A stretch of 64,000 nucleotides of DNA, from the NCBI GenBank assembly GCA_018902845.1, contig JAHIPV010000007.1:6989-70988 (forward strand), read 5' to 3'. The notes below the pieces were generated by a model. The model did not search any database. It saw nothing but the letters and a program-made list of their open reading frames with translations, and had not been told where the DNA came from. Shown piece after piece: positions 38,268 to 48,469 of this stretch. The DNA comes from Patescibacteria group bacterium. GTDB taxonomy: Bacteria > Patescibacteriota > Microgenomatia > UBA12405. Position 1 is the first letter of the stretch. Every line of letters begins with the position of its first letter. The position numbers and the translations under genes are program-made.

Positions 38268-38277
38268 AGATTGCTAA

Positions 38278-39618
38278 TTATAAATTAGTTTTGGAAATGG
38301 AATAAACGGTTGGGTAATAAAGAAATACGGTTGGGCATTCTTCTAATAAAGATTTTTGGAAGTCCAGGTATATTTGTTTTCTTTCTTGAATATCAAAGCT
38401 TTGTCTTCCCTCTTCGAGAAGTTTGTCTATTTTGGGGTTGTTTAGTTTGCTGATATTGTTTTGCTGGGTTGAATGCCAGAATAAATATTGATCCGGATCT
38501 TGAGGGATACTTCCGTAGGCAAGGATAACATCGAACTCATCGGTGTTTATTTGATTTTCAACGGAGATGTTGGTTTCGATATTTAGAACTGATTGCCATG
38601 AATTTTTGATTTCTTCGGCTAAAGGTAGTAATTTTCTATTGTTTAATGTAATATCGATTTTCTCGATTGGATTGTCTTTGAAAAGTTCTTTGGCTCTGTC
38701 TGGATTGTAGTCGTATGTTTTGACAGAGTTGTTGTAAGCCCATGAGTTTGGTGATATAGGGCTGATACACCTGTTTTCGTTATCATCGTTTTTGGGTGTA
38801 GCATAGGATAAAGCTTGGCGAAGTGATTTTGTTTCTAATTTTTTTGTGTTAAAAAAAACGGCAACGTAGTTTTGATTTGCTAATGATTGTGGAGAGATTT
38901 TTGTATTTGGCCATTTGTCCAGTTCTTTTGGTGAAGAAATATTTTCAATTTTATTAATTTCACCAAGTTTAAAGGCACTAATTAGGCTTTCTTCATTATC
39001 ATAAAAAGTAAATTTTATTTTTTTTTGTCCTTTTTTTACTCCCTGAAGAAGTATGTTTTTTATGTAGCCTCCTTTGTAGTTAATTTCTTCAACTTTATAT
39101 GGTCCGATACCTATCAGTTTTTTTTGGTTTTTAAAGAGAGGTTGTTTTAGGATAGACAAAAGCGGGCTAAATGGTTTTTCCAAGCTTATTTTAATTTTAT
39201 CTTTGGTAATTTTTTCTATTTTAGCCCCTGAAATTTTATAGTCTATATCTTCAACATTAAATTTTTGGCCATTGTGCCAGTAATGATCTGTATCAATTGT
39301 AAATATAAATTCTTTGTTGTCATTTTGGGTAGTCCAGTCTTTAAGAAGTGGAGAATTAATGGGTTTGTTGTTATTACTTTCTTGGGTCAACCCAAAACTG
39401 ATTAAATCAGTAATATTTGAGGGTAGATTTTGATAAGTATAAAGTCCGGCAATACCTATTTTTTCTGTTTTTAGGTTGGGAGAGTTAATGAAATTTTTAG
39501 CTAAAGGCAAGACTATAAAGAACAAGGACCCGATAAAGATGCCTATGATTAGAAAAAGAAAGTTCTTTTTTATAAAAGCACTTATTAGTTTGATTTTGAA
39601 GTAAATTTTTTTAAACAA
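38278..39618 (-). CDS. ABC transporter substrate-binding protein (family 5)
   Basis: WHNG..F..ED, IGIGPYK, LRQALSYA, DPDQY.FWHS. Confidence 0.88.
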   Translation of the reverse strand: MFKKIYFKIKLISAFIKKNFLFLIIGIFIGSLFFIVLPLAKNFINSPNLKTEKIGIAGLYTYQNLPSNITDLISFGLTQESNNNKPINSPLLKDWTTQNDNKEFIFTIDTDHYWHNGQKFNVEDIDYKISGAKIEKITKDKIKISLEKPFSPLLSILKQPLFKNQKKLIGIGPYKVEEINYKGGYIKNILLQGVKKGQKKIKFTFYDNEESLISAFKLGEINKIENISSPKELDKWPNTKISPQSLANQNYVAVFFNTKKLETKSLRQALSYATPKNDDNENRCISPISPNSWAYNNSVKTYDYNPDRAKELFKDNPIEKIDITLNNRKLLPLAEEIKNSWQSVLNIETNISVENQINTDEFDVILAYGSIPQDPDQYLFWHSTQQNNISKLNNPKIDKLLEEGRQSFDIQERKQIYLDFQKSLLEECPTVFLYYPTVYSISKTNL

Positions 39619-39826
39619 GAGTGGTTTGAATGATGGATGAAATTAAAAATAACATTATGGTTGTAATGGTGAATATGAATATCATTTTTTCCCATCCTCT
39701 TTTTTGGTTTTGAATAGGGGCAATGATGTTTGATTGGGAATTTTGATTACTGTTGTTTTGGAGAAAAACCAAAGAAGTTAAGAGAATGCTTAATACTATT
39801 TGGATGATTGTCAGGATATTTTTCAT
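39611..39826 (-). CDS. secG: preprotein translocase subunit SecG
   Basis: two TMs, VFLQ, RGWEK; 71 aa. Confidence 0.75.
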   Translation of the reverse strand: MKNILTIIQIVLSILLTSLVFLQNNSNQNSQSNIIAPIQNQKRGWEKMIFIFTITTIMLFLISSIIQTTLV

Positions 39827-39828
39827 AA

Positions 39829-40245
39829 TTAGTTTTTTTTCTTTTTATAAAGAGTTTTTGTGAATAAATTGTAAATTAAATTGATAGTGATCGAACTGAC
39901 TAGATAGGCCCAGAAAGAATCAAATTTTAAGTCTGGGAAAGTGAAACCTTGCCAGGCGAAAGAGTTTATGTTGATGTTTTTTAGTTCAAAATTATGAATA
40001 AGAAAAACTGCTAAATATAATCCAAGAGTGTTTATGAGAATTCTTGTAGTCCCTAGGGTAATGATGGTTATAGGAAGAAGAAGTATTTTTATGATTGGTT
40101 TTATTATCGATTCAAAAATGCTTAAGATTAATGCTACTAAAATAATCGTAGTTAGTTTGTTTTGGAAATCAAGATTTTTCCAAATATAATTTGATGTTAT
40201 TAAGGTAAAGCTTAAAATCAGTATTTGTTTGAGTATTTTTCTCAT
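39829..40245 (-). CDS. YvlD/phage holin family membrane protein
   Basis: IKPIIKILLLPITIITLG..LIN. Confidence 0.8.
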   Translation of the reverse strand: MRKILKQILILSFTLITSNYIWKNLDFQNKLTTIILVALILSIFESIIKPIIKILLLPITIITLGTTRILINTLGLYLAVFLIHNFELKNININSFAWQGFTFPDLKFDSFWAYLVSSITINLIYNLFTKTLYKKKKN

Positions 40246-42017
40246 TTTTTTTGTTTAACTAGTATTATACCGCCTAAGGTAAGTAGACCAATAATAATGA
40301 TTACGAAGCTCGTGGTGTTTTGGTGGTGTTGTGGATATGGAACTATTTGGGTTTGTTTTTCTTGACCTTGTATATTTAAGGTGAATTCGAGATTTTTATT
40401 TTTTGGTAATAAAGAAAGTATGGGATTAATTTTTGGAAGGTTAAACTCTAGACGGGAGAAAGGAGGCATGATGTCTATTTTTTGAGTCCAGTTTTGTTTT
40501 TTGATGGATAAATCGATGTTTTTTGTAGACGAAGAATTATTGTTTTGAATAATAACTTTTGTTCCGCCAAAGGCGGACTGTGCTGACGCTTGTTTGCTTT
40601 TACTTAAAAAAATGATTGGATCAGTATTTTCCGGATGAATGCGATGGTTGGCAAAATCGACTTTAATGCTTTTTTGTTGAGTTGAATTTTTGTATGATCC
40701 CGGAGGAGCGGGATACTGACTGTTGTGTCCGTGGATAACGAAGACAATGTGGTTTAGGTCGGTGTTAGAAAAATAGTCTATTCCTTCGGTTGTTTTTTCC
40801 CAGGTTGGATCGATTGTGATCCACGCATTTTTTTCTTTGTCCCAGAATTGAGGCCAGGCATGAAGAATATCGGTATTGATATTGACCGGTTTTAGTTCCG
40901 GTTTGTTGGTAAAAGCGTAGCCCTCTATTTCTTGGGCAGGGATTGTTTTGTTTCGGGCTAAAGTTATGAAAAGATCGGTAAATTCAGTGCAGAGAGAATT
41001 TGCTGGATTGATGAGTGCTGTTAGAGCGCCTTTTCTTTTGGCTTGATCGATTTGTTGGTAATCGTAATCAAGAGTGTTAACAACATATTGGTAAATGTCT
41101 TTGGCTGAGTGAAGATTGGAGTTTATCTTTTGGATATTAGGATCATTTACCGGCCAAAATTTTTGTTCTACGGTGAGTTTTTGAAAGTCAGGCGGATTGT
41201 CAAAAGAATAATCTATTGGGTGTACTTCAGCTTGACCGGTGACAATGATTTCTTTTTGAGTGTTGCTGTTTAATTGATATTCTGCCAGCCAGTTTCCGTC
41301 CAGGTCTGCGACAATGTTTTCCGGTGAAGGATCGATTTTAGTGATGATTATATTTTGTGTATTGGTATCAGGAGGAATAGGTATGGAGGTTCTTATGTTA
41401 TCTTGGGCTTTATTTTCAAGAAAAAATTTCAATTCAAAATCGAAAATTTGCGTGTTTCCAAACGCCATGGTAATTTTTTGTTTTTGTTTATTGTTGAAAA
41501 AAATTTCTTTGTAATTTTTTTGTTGTTTTATTTCATTTTTGACAGAACAAAAGACAAGATTGCCAAAATCATCCGGTATTTTTAGAGAGATTTGACTATT
41601 TGTTTCGTTTTGTTGTGGTAGATTAATTTCCCAAAGTTGTCCTTTTTGTTGGGCCAGACCAGGGATGGAATAGTTTATATTGAAGTTGGTTTTTTTGTTT
41701 TTTCCTGAAGTAGGATTATTAAATTTTATTTTTATAGTTGTGTTTTCTGCTGTTTTATCGGTACTTTGAATAATATCACCGTATGGATCTGATCCTTTTA
41801 TGTTTTCTATGTTTTGGCCAAAGATTTCCAGTAGATATTCCTTGGGATAGATGTTGGAGAAATTGTTAGTGATACTGATTTGGTGTATTACCTTGGCGTT
41901 GCCATGTTCGTCGATGGAGTAGGAAACTTTTTGGGTGGTGTTAAATTCATTATCAGTAGATAAAACTAAAATTGGATTTAGGAGAAAGAGAAGAAAGATA
42001 AGGATAAGTTTTTTCAT
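40242..42017 (-). CDS. transglutaminase-like domain protein
   Basis: CTEFTDLFI, HAWPQFW, IDPTW triad; signal peptide and C-terminal TM. Confidence 0.88.
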   Translation of the reverse strand: MKKLILIFLLFLLNPILVLSTDNEFNTTQKVSYSIDEHGNAKVIHQISITNNFSNIYPKEYLLEIFGQNIENIKGSDPYGDIIQSTDKTAENTTIKIKFNNPTSGKNKKTNFNINYSIPGLAQQKGQLWEINLPQQNETNSQISLKIPDDFGNLVFCSVKNEIKQQKNYKEIFFNNKQKQKITMAFGNTQIFDFELKFFLENKAQDNIRTSIPIPPDTNTQNIIITKIDPSPENIVADLDGNWLAEYQLNSNTQKEIIVTGQAEVHPIDYSFDNPPDFQKLTVEQKFWPVNDPNIQKINSNLHSAKDIYQYVVNTLDYDYQQIDQAKRKGALTALINPANSLCTEFTDLFITLARNKTIPAQEIEGYAFTNKPELKPVNINTDILHAWPQFWDKEKNAWITIDPTWEKTTEGIDYFSNTDLNHIVFVIHGHNSQYPAPPGSYKNSTQQKSIKVDFANHRIHPENTDPIIFLSKSKQASAQSAFGGTKVIIQNNNSSSTKNIDLSIKKQNWTQKIDIMPPFSRLEFNLPKINPILSLLPKNKNLEFTLNIQGQEKQTQIVPYPQHHQNTTSFVIIIIGLLTLGGIILVKQKK

Positions 42018-42078
42018 AGATATTTTAATATTAAAGCATATAGTTGACTTCGGGTATTGTTCGTGTATAGTTTATTTA

Positions 42079-42702
42079 ATGACAAAGACGAATACTTTAT
42101 ATAAAAGGCAAAAAGAGGTGTTAGATTTTTTGGTTGGTGCAATAAATGATTTTGGTTGTGCTCCCACTTTAGTGGAAATAGCCAGTCATTTTGGCTTATC
42201 TTCCCTAGCCACCGTACACGAACATTTAAGCGCTTTAGAAAAGAAAGGCTTTATAAGGAGGTACAGTGGTGCGGTTAGAGGAATAGAGATTTTGGATGAG
42301 ACCAGGTTGATAAAAAATGCTTTTGCAGAATTGCCTATTTTGGGTTTTATTGCCTGTGGAGAACCAATCGAGCCCTATACTGATCCGAATGCTACTTTGA
42401 GTGTAGCAAGTGCTTCGGTTGGTTCGTCGGATGATTCTTATGTTTTGCAGGCCAAGGGAGATTCTATGATAGATGATGGAATCTTGAATGGCGATTATTT
42501 GGTGCTTAAGAAACAGCAAGAGGCTAATAACGGAGACATTGTGGTGGCGGTGTTAAACAATGGCTTTGCCACTTTAAAAAGGTTTTATAGGGAGGCTAAC
42601 CGGATTAGACTTCAGCCCGCCAATTCGACCATGTCCCCTATTTATGCGGTTGATGTAGAGATAAAAGGGAAGTTAGTGTCAGTTATTAGAAAATTTAGTT
42701 AG
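42079..42702 (+). CDS. lexA: LexA repressor (start re-called at ATG 42079)
   Basis: APTLVEIA, LEKKGFIRR, IACG, GDSM, ATLKRF. Confidence 0.95.
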   Translation: MTKTNTLYKRQKEVLDFLVGAINDFGCAPTLVEIASHFGLSSLATVHEHLSALEKKGFIRRYSGAVRGIEILDETRLIKNAFAELPILGFIACGEPIEPYTDPNATLSVASASVGSSDDSYVLQAKGDSMIDDGILNGDYLVLKKQQEANNGDIVVAVLNNGFATLKRFYREANRIRLQPANSTMSPIYAVDVEIKGKLVSVIRKFS

Positions 42703-43368
42703 ATGTTGTATTTGATTGCGGTACCGATTGGGAATTTGAAAGATATTAGTTTGAGAGCTTTGGAGTTGTTTGAAAAATTAGATGTGTTATTGTGTGAGGA
42801 TACTAGAAATACCGGAAAGTTATTGTCTTTGTTGGGGGTAAAAAATAAGCCAAGGTTGTTTTCGTTTTACGACGAAGTGGAGGAAGAAAAAATACCGCAA
42901 ATTATTAAGTTTTTAAAAGAAGGGTTGGAGGTGGGTTTGGTTAGTGATGCCGGAAGCCCGATTATTTCTGATCCGGGGTGGAAATTGATTGAAAGATGTA
43001 AAAAAGAAAAAATTTTTTATACTTGTTTGCCTGGAGTTAGTGCCGTTATTAATGCTTTGGTTCTTTCTGGTTTATCCCCTACTCCATTTTGTTTTTTGGG
43101 TTTTTTATCAAAAAAAATAGGTAAGAGAAAAAAGATTTTAGAGAAGTATAAGGATTTAAAAATTACTAAAGTGATATACGAGTCCCCGTTTAGATTGATG
43201 AAGTTGCTGGAGGAAGTTAAAGAGATTTTTGGAGATAATACCAAAGTTTCTGTTTGTAGAGAGATGACCAAGAAGTTTGAAGAAGTGGTAAGTGGTGGTG
43301 TAAAAGAAGTTTTGGGGAGATTTAAGGGTAAAAAAGTAAAAGGGGAATTGGTGGTTGTGGTTGAGTAG
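42703..43368 (+). CDS. rsmI: 16S rRNA C1402 2'-O-methyltransferase
   Basis: PIGNLKDI, CEDTR, SDAG.P.ISDPG, YESPFR, REMTK. Confidence 0.95.
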   Translation: MLYLIAVPIGNLKDISLRALELFEKLDVLLCEDTRNTGKLLSLLGVKNKPRLFSFYDEVEEEKIPQIIKFLKEGLEVGLVSDAGSPIISDPGWKLIERCKKEKIFYTCLPGVSAVINALVLSGLSPTPFCFLGFLSKKIGKRKKILEKYKDLKITKVIYESPFRLMKLLEEVKEIFGDNTKVSVCREMTKKFEEVVSGGVKEVLGRFKGKKVKGELVVVVE

Positions 43369-43371
43369 GGT

Positions 43372-45630
43372 TTACTTTAGTTTTCTATTTTCGGCCCAGT
43401 GGACGGTTTGGCGAGTGGATTGGATGGCATCTGGTGAAACCGAAATGCTGGTTACTCCCCATTTGACTAATTTTTCGACTAGGCTTGGATAATTACTCGG
43501 AGCTTGTCCGCAAATTGAGCTGGTAATTCCTCTTTTTTTGGCAGTTGTGATGGCTCTTTTAAGCATCCAAATAACGGCTGGATCAAGTTCGTTAAAATCT
43601 TTGGCCACTTCTGAATTATCTCTGTCTAATCCCAGAGTCAACATAGTTAGGTCATTACTGCCTATGGAAATTCCGTCTATACCGACATCAATAAATTTAT
43701 TTAATAAAATAACATTGCTTGGTATTTCTACCATCATAAGCAGTTTAAAACTGGGTGATCTAAGAAGCCCGTTAGTTGCAATTATTTTTTTGACCTCAAC
43801 CAGTTCTTGGACAGTACGGACAAAGGGAATCATTAGCCATAGATTTTTGAAACCTAGCTTGTTTCTGACTTTTTTTATAGCAGTTAATTCCATTTCAAAA
43901 ACATCCGGTGAGGTGATGTAGCGACCGGCTCCTCTATAGCCAAGCATGGGATTGGATTCTTCCGGTTCATATGATTTACCCCATTTAAGATGGCGGTATT
44001 CATTAGTTTTAAAATCAGTGGCTCGGTAAATTACCGGTCTGGGAGAAAAGTGTTTACAAAAAGTACCAATATCTTTAGCCAGTTTATTGATGTAGATGGA
44101 TTGTTTTTTTGTTGCGATAATATGTTTGGGGTGGATGCCGATGTTAGCAATCATGAATTCGGCTCGAAGTAGTCCGACGCCGTCAACATGTCGTAGGGAT
44201 ATATCTTTGGCCAGATCCGGTTCTCCTAAGTTTACATAAATTTTAGTAGCGGTTTTGATGTTGGTAAATTGGTCTTTTGGGATGTCGGTGATTGATGGGA
44301 CCAGGTTGCCAAACCAGATTTTTCCGGTTGATCCGTCCAGGGTGACAATATCGCCATTTTTGAGTTTTTTGGTAGCGATTTTGGCGCCAACAACACAGGG
44401 TGTGCCCAGTTCTCGAGAGACAATAGCGGCGTGTGATGTTTGTCCGCCTTTATCAGTAATAATGCCGTTGGCTTTTTTCATGGCTGGGACAAAGTCTGGA
44501 GAAGTCATGGGAGAAACGAGAATATCTCCTTTTTTGATCTTGGAAATATTTTTGGCAGTTTTTAATATAACGACTTTGCCTGATGTAATTCCGGGGCTGG
44601 CGGCATCGCCCAAAATATCCTCCGGAATGGTGATTTGAGTTTTGTCTATTTTTTGGTTGAGTGTAGTAATTGGTCTGGTTTGAACAATGTATATTTTTCC
44701 TTTTTCTATGGCAAATTCTATGTCTTGGGCTTTGGCATAATGGTTGTGTAACTTTTGGCCGATTTTGGCGATTTTGATGGCAGTTTTATCGTTTATTTTG
44801 ATGTGGTTTTGTTTGTATTTTGGAACTTTGACTTCTTTAGTTTCGTTTTTAGATTTGATCAGTTGGATTTTTTGAATGGATTTTATAAATGATTCTATTG
44901 TCCAGCTATGTTTGTTTATTATGTATTGTTCCGGGGTGACTTTTCCCTGGACTATGTACTCCCCCAGTCCCCAAACCGATTCGACTATGATTTGAGTTTT
45001 TTCGTTGCTAACCGGATTAACAGTGAACATAACACCCGAAATATCAGCTTGAACCATTTTTTGAACGGGGACGGCAATACCAACCTTGAAATGATTAAAG
45101 TGTTTATTTTCTCTATAAAAAATAGCCCTAGGGGTAAATAACGATGACCAGCAGGCTTGGACTCTTTTTACGACATTAGCTTCGCCAACAACATTTAGAA
45201 AAGTGTCTTGTTGGCCGGCAAAAGAAGCGTCGGGAAGATCTTCGGCGGTGGCAGAGGATCTGACTGCTACCGGTACATTAGTAAGTCCGCCGTGTTTAGA
45301 AAGTTTTTTGTAAGCTTTCATAATATCTATAGCAATATCATCCGGCATGGAGCTGTTTTTTATTATTTTTCTTATTTTTTTAGAAGCTGAGAGGAGTTCG
45401 TCTGGGTTGCCTGTATTAGCGCTTTTGAGGATTTTTTTGATCTGATCCATTAGATTGTTTTCTTTAATGAATTTAAAATAGGCCTGAGCGGTGACAACAA
45501 AACCATTGGGAACCGGGATTTTGATTTTATACATTTCGCCTAAATTAGCGCCTTTACCACCAACATAATCCAAATCATTATGATCAATGTCTTTAAACCA
45601 TAATATGTTGGGAGCAGTTTTAGTTTTCAT
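43372..45630 (-). CDS. ppsA: phosphoenolpyruvate synthase
   Basis: GGKGANLGEM, VRSSATAEDL, GGQTSHAAIVSRE, SIGSNDL. Confidence 0.96.
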   Translation of the reverse strand: MKTKTAPNILWFKDIDHNDLDYVGGKGANLGEMYKIKIPVPNGFVVTAQAYFKFIKENNLMDQIKKILKSANTGNPDELLSASKKIRKIIKNSSMPDDIAIDIMKAYKKLSKHGGLTNVPVAVRSSATAEDLPDASFAGQQDTFLNVVGEANVVKRVQACWSSLFTPRAIFYRENKHFNHFKVGIAVPVQKMVQADISGVMFTVNPVSNEKTQIIVESVWGLGEYIVQGKVTPEQYIINKHSWTIESFIKSIQKIQLIKSKNETKEVKVPKYKQNHIKINDKTAIKIAKIGQKLHNHYAKAQDIEFAIEKGKIYIVQTRPITTLNQKIDKTQITIPEDILGDAASPGITSGKVVILKTAKNISKIKKGDILVSPMTSPDFVPAMKKANGIITDKGGQTSHAAIVSRELGTPCVVGAKIATKKLKNGDIVTLDGSTGKIWFGNLVPSITDIPKDQFTNIKTATKIYVNLGEPDLAKDISLRHVDGVGLLRAEFMIANIGIHPKHIIATKKQSIYINKLAKDIGTFCKHFSPRPVIYRATDFKTNEYRHLKWGKSYEPEESNPMLGYRGAGRYITSPDVFEMELTAIKKVRNKLGFKNLWLMIPFVRTVQELVEVKKIIATNGLLRSPSFKLLMMVEIPSNVILLNKFIDVGIDGISIGSNDLTMLTLGLDRDNSEVAKDFNELDPAVIWMLKRAITTAKKRGITSSICGQAPSNYPSLVEKLVKWGVTSISVSPDAIQSTRQTVHWAENRKLK

Positions 45631-46033
45631 TTTGTGTCCATCCCCTGTTGGGTAAATTTCTAATTTGTTGAGTTTCGGTAGGACGACCGTAATCGTCTTC
45701 CAGCCTGACGGTGTTGCCTATTTCTGAAGTGGAACTTTCTATCGTGACCGAATTAGACAAAGTTTCAAGTCTGTGAATGAGATTTGGGGTTATGGTGTAA
45801 CCTTGATTTGGCTTCATAGGAATTTTTTTTAGATTATCTTTGTTTTTTCCAACTATGAGATTAGCTTGTCCACTTAGTAGAGTGAGTGTTTCTGTTTTTT
45901 GGTCGTGATATTGAAGTGACCACCGATGCCCTTTTTGAGTGAAAGCTATTTTTGATGTATATGGTGAGTCTTTAGGTGTGAGGATGATTTCAAATCCATA
46001 TGGTTTGATTACTTTTGAAAATATTGGAGTCAT
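45620..46033 (-). CDS. cupin (mannose-6-phosphate isomerase type 2-like)
   Basis: KPYG.E, SLQYH..K.ET, HRL, VRLEDDYGR. Confidence 0.8.
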   Translation of the reverse strand: MTPIFSKVIKPYGFEIILTPKDSPYTSKIAFTQKGHRWSLQYHDQKTETLTLLSGQANLIVGKNKDNLKKIPMKPNQGYTITPNLIHRLETLSNSVTIESSTSEIGNTVRLEDDYGRPTETQQIRNLPNRGWTQNEN

Positions 46034-46037
46034 TAAT

Positions 46038-46655
46038 TTACTGTAGCAGATTAATGATGACTCTTTCCAGGGCAATTTCTTCTGAGATCGAAAGTCTGCC
46101 TGTTTTGTTTTTGTAATCGAGTTCTATAAGGTATAGATATGCTTTTTTGAGTTTGTTTTGGTCTAGGCTGGAATAAGTTTGTAGCTGTTTTCTTAAATTG
46201 TTTTTAATGAAATAAAGCAAGAGTTCAAATGGTTCGTTTTTGATTGTTTGGCGATAAAGACTAATGAATTGTTTTAGGTTATTTGCTTTGATTGAGTAAA
46301 CACAAGCAAAAAGAGTTTTGCTGGCTGTAAAATAATTAACTTGCGAATGTGGAAAGTTTTTGAGTTGGGTTGGAGTTAGTTTTTTGTTTTGCCATATAAA
46401 AATATGTTCTTGGCAGTTTTTTAGAATATGACTGATTTTATCCAGAGTGCTTTTGTGAATAGAAAAAAAGTTGCTAAGAACAAGTATTTTTGGGTTTTCA
46501 AAAAAAGAGGTGGTGTTGAGAAAATTGTTGATTTTTTCCAGTTCGATTTCTTTTTTGTCTAATCTAAGAAAGTTGGTACTGTTAAGTTTTTCTATTGCTT
46601 TGTTAAGTTCCTGACGGCTTTGTTGTTGATTCTCTCCGTGAAAAATATAGATCAT
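46038..46655 (-). CDS. DNA polymerase III delta-like subunit
   Basis: IYIFHGEN N-terminus; ELDYKNKTG C-terminal motif. Confidence 0.65.
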   Translation of the reverse strand: MIYIFHGENQQQSRQELNKAIEKLNSTNFLRLDKKEIELEKINNFLNTTSFFENPKILVLSNFFSIHKSTLDKISHILKNCQEHIFIWQNKKLTPTQLKNFPHSQVNYFTASKTLFACVYSIKANNLKQFISLYRQTIKNEPFELLLYFIKNNLRKQLQTYSSLDQNKLKKAYLYLIELDYKNKTGRLSISEEIALERVIINLLQ

Positions 46656-46699
46656 TAATTTTTATTTTAGCCGAAATTTGATAGAATTGCTGGATTGCT

Positions 46700-46797
46700 G
46701 GCCCTCACCCTCGGGTGACCACCTTGTGGGTGGCATTTTGGTGGTTAGGACGCCAGGCTTTTCACCCACGGGGTGATCACCCAAAGGGTGGCATCCT
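46700..46797 (+). pseudogene. 5' half of tRNA-Glu interrupted by two double-hairpin inserts
   Basis: GTGGTTAGGACGCCAGGCTTT identical to tRNA-Glu; inserts 46705-46733 and 46762-46791. Confidence 0.88.
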
Positions 46798-46847
46798 AGA
46801 TGTTGTTTTCAAGTATAGTTTATGTGTTGCTTAAAATAATAATTTTA

Positions 46848-46922
46848 GGCCCCATCGTCTAGTGGTTAGGACGCCAGGCTTTCATCCTGGCAACCGGGGT
46901 TCGATTCCCCGTGGGGTCACCA
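46848..46922 (+). tRNA. tRNA-Glu(TTC), integration target
   Basis: CCAGG-CTTTCAT-CCTGG, CCA end. Confidence 0.95.
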
Positions 46923-48420
46923 GCAGAGAAAAATCGTTTTCGGTTTTCGGAGCGCAGGCCGCGCGCCCGTTCGTGGCCAGCGTAGCATAGGCAAAATTCA
47001 AATTCAAAAAAAGTCGTTTATCCAATAAAGTGAAGTTCGAGCCAATATTTTTTAAGATAGGACGAAGTTCATTTAATGCAGATTTTTTATGCGCGATTTT
47101 ATGCGCTAGAATAGTGCATCTTAAAAATTCTTTTAGAGGTTCGAGCCAACTCGAACCCTTGTGTTGAATTTGTTTGATTTTCTCTTCCAGTTTTTGTTTT
47201 TGCTCAAATAGATTGTTTTGTTTAGTTTGATAAATGCTTTTGTCTAAATTGTCTTCAAGAAAAAGATCAAGCAGTTTAGAAAGTTTTTGATCAATTGCAG
47301 ATAACCGGTTGGTTGCTGTTTTTAATTTTGCTTTTACTTTGCTTTTTTCTTCATCCATCTTTTCTTTAATCCAAGTGTTGATGTATGGTTTCCAGTTTGG
47401 ATGAAGGGAACAGGACTTAATGGTTTGGCGGAGTTGGGATACCAGATTAGTTTGAGAAAGATACTTTTGGGAGCAAACTCCTTTCTTTTTGGTACAGCGA
47501 TAGTAAACATATTTTGCGACACGATTAGTTCCCTTGTAATACTTGATATGTTGTTCGGCTGTAATACCAGCCCCGCACTCACCACAAGTAGCCAAACCAG
47601 TAAAAAAAGCAAAATGAAGCCCCTGTGTCCTTGCTCTGCTTTTTCTTTCCAGTACCTTTTGCACCCGGTCAAAAAGTTTTTTATTGATAAAGCATTGATG
47701 ATTACCTTTGTGTAATTCACCTTTGTAAGTGAGAATACCAATGTAAAATTTATTGCTTAATATTCTTCTGATTTGATTAATGGATACAGGTTGTCCGTTT
47801 CCTTTTGTAATCCCCTGCTCTGCCATAAAAAGAGAAAGTTGAGTAAAAGAATATTTATCTGTTGAAAACAAATGAAATGCTTTAGAAATAATTTTTGATT
47901 TGGTTAAGTCAATTTCTATTGTTTTGTTTTGTCGATTGTTGAGATAACCATAAGGCGCTTTTCCCGGCCACTCTCCCCTTCTGATCTTTTGTCTCATGCC
48001 TCTTTTTACATTTTGACTTAGATTGTCGATGTAATACTTGCTCTGGCTAAAAGCGATGTTGAGCATGAATTTGCCTTGAGGGGTATTTTGAAACCAGAAG
48101 GCAGGAAACTTGAGATCAAGTAATAATTTTCTATCTAAAAGATAGACAATTCGACCACCATCTATGGAATTTCTAGCCAAACGATCGGGATGCCATGACA
48201 GTATTCCATTGGCTGTTCCCTGCTCTATCTTTTCCAGTACTTGATCAAACTTTTCTCTACCCGGTTGTTTGGCTGTTTTAGATTCAGTGACAATATCAAC
48301 AATAGTTAATCTTTCCCGAATGGCAAATTCTTTTAACTCGGCAATCTGACTTTCAATTGACAAAAGCTGCTTGTTCTTTTCGTCTGTTGATTTTCTACAA
48401 TAAACAATATATTTGAGCAT
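46882..48420 (-). CDS. large serine recombinase; C-terminus read from tRNA-Glu antisense
   Basis: YCRKS, DRLARN, recombinase domain, CGECG zinc ribbon, coiled coil. Confidence 0.95.
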   Translation of the reverse strand: MLKYIVYCRKSTDEKNKQLLSIESQIAELKEFAIRERLTIVDIVTESKTAKQPGREKFDQVLEKIEQGTANGILSWHPDRLARNSIDGGRIVYLLDRKLLLDLKFPAFWFQNTPQGKFMLNIAFSQSKYYIDNLSQNVKRGMRQKIRRGEWPGKAPYGYLNNRQNKTIEIDLTKSKIISKAFHLFSTDKYSFTQLSLFMAEQGITKGNGQPVSINQIRRILSNKFYIGILTYKGELHKGNHQCFINKKLFDRVQKVLERKSRARTQGLHFAFFTGLATCGECGAGITAEQHIKYYKGTNRVAKYVYYRCTKKKGVCSQKYLSQTNLVSQLRQTIKSCSLHPNWKPYINTWIKEKMDEEKSKVKAKLKTATNRLSAIDQKLSKLLDLFLEDNLDKSIYQTKQNNLFEQKQKLEEKIKQIQHKGSSWLEPLKEFLRCTILAHKIAHKKSALNELRPILKNIGSNFTLLDKRLFLNLNFAYATLATNGRAACAPKTENDFSLLVTPRGIEPRLPG

Positions 48421-48469
48421 TAGAATTGATTTTCAAAATTTTTGCGTTTTTCTTTATTGTAGCTGATTA

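Noticed and set aside
39829-40245. Prophage suggested by holin-family gene
   Set aside because: YvlD-like membrane protein in housekeeping context; no phage genes nearby
42044-42071. LexA box in the lexA promoter
   Set aside because: Only one GTTCG half-site is clear; lineage motif cannot be established from one site
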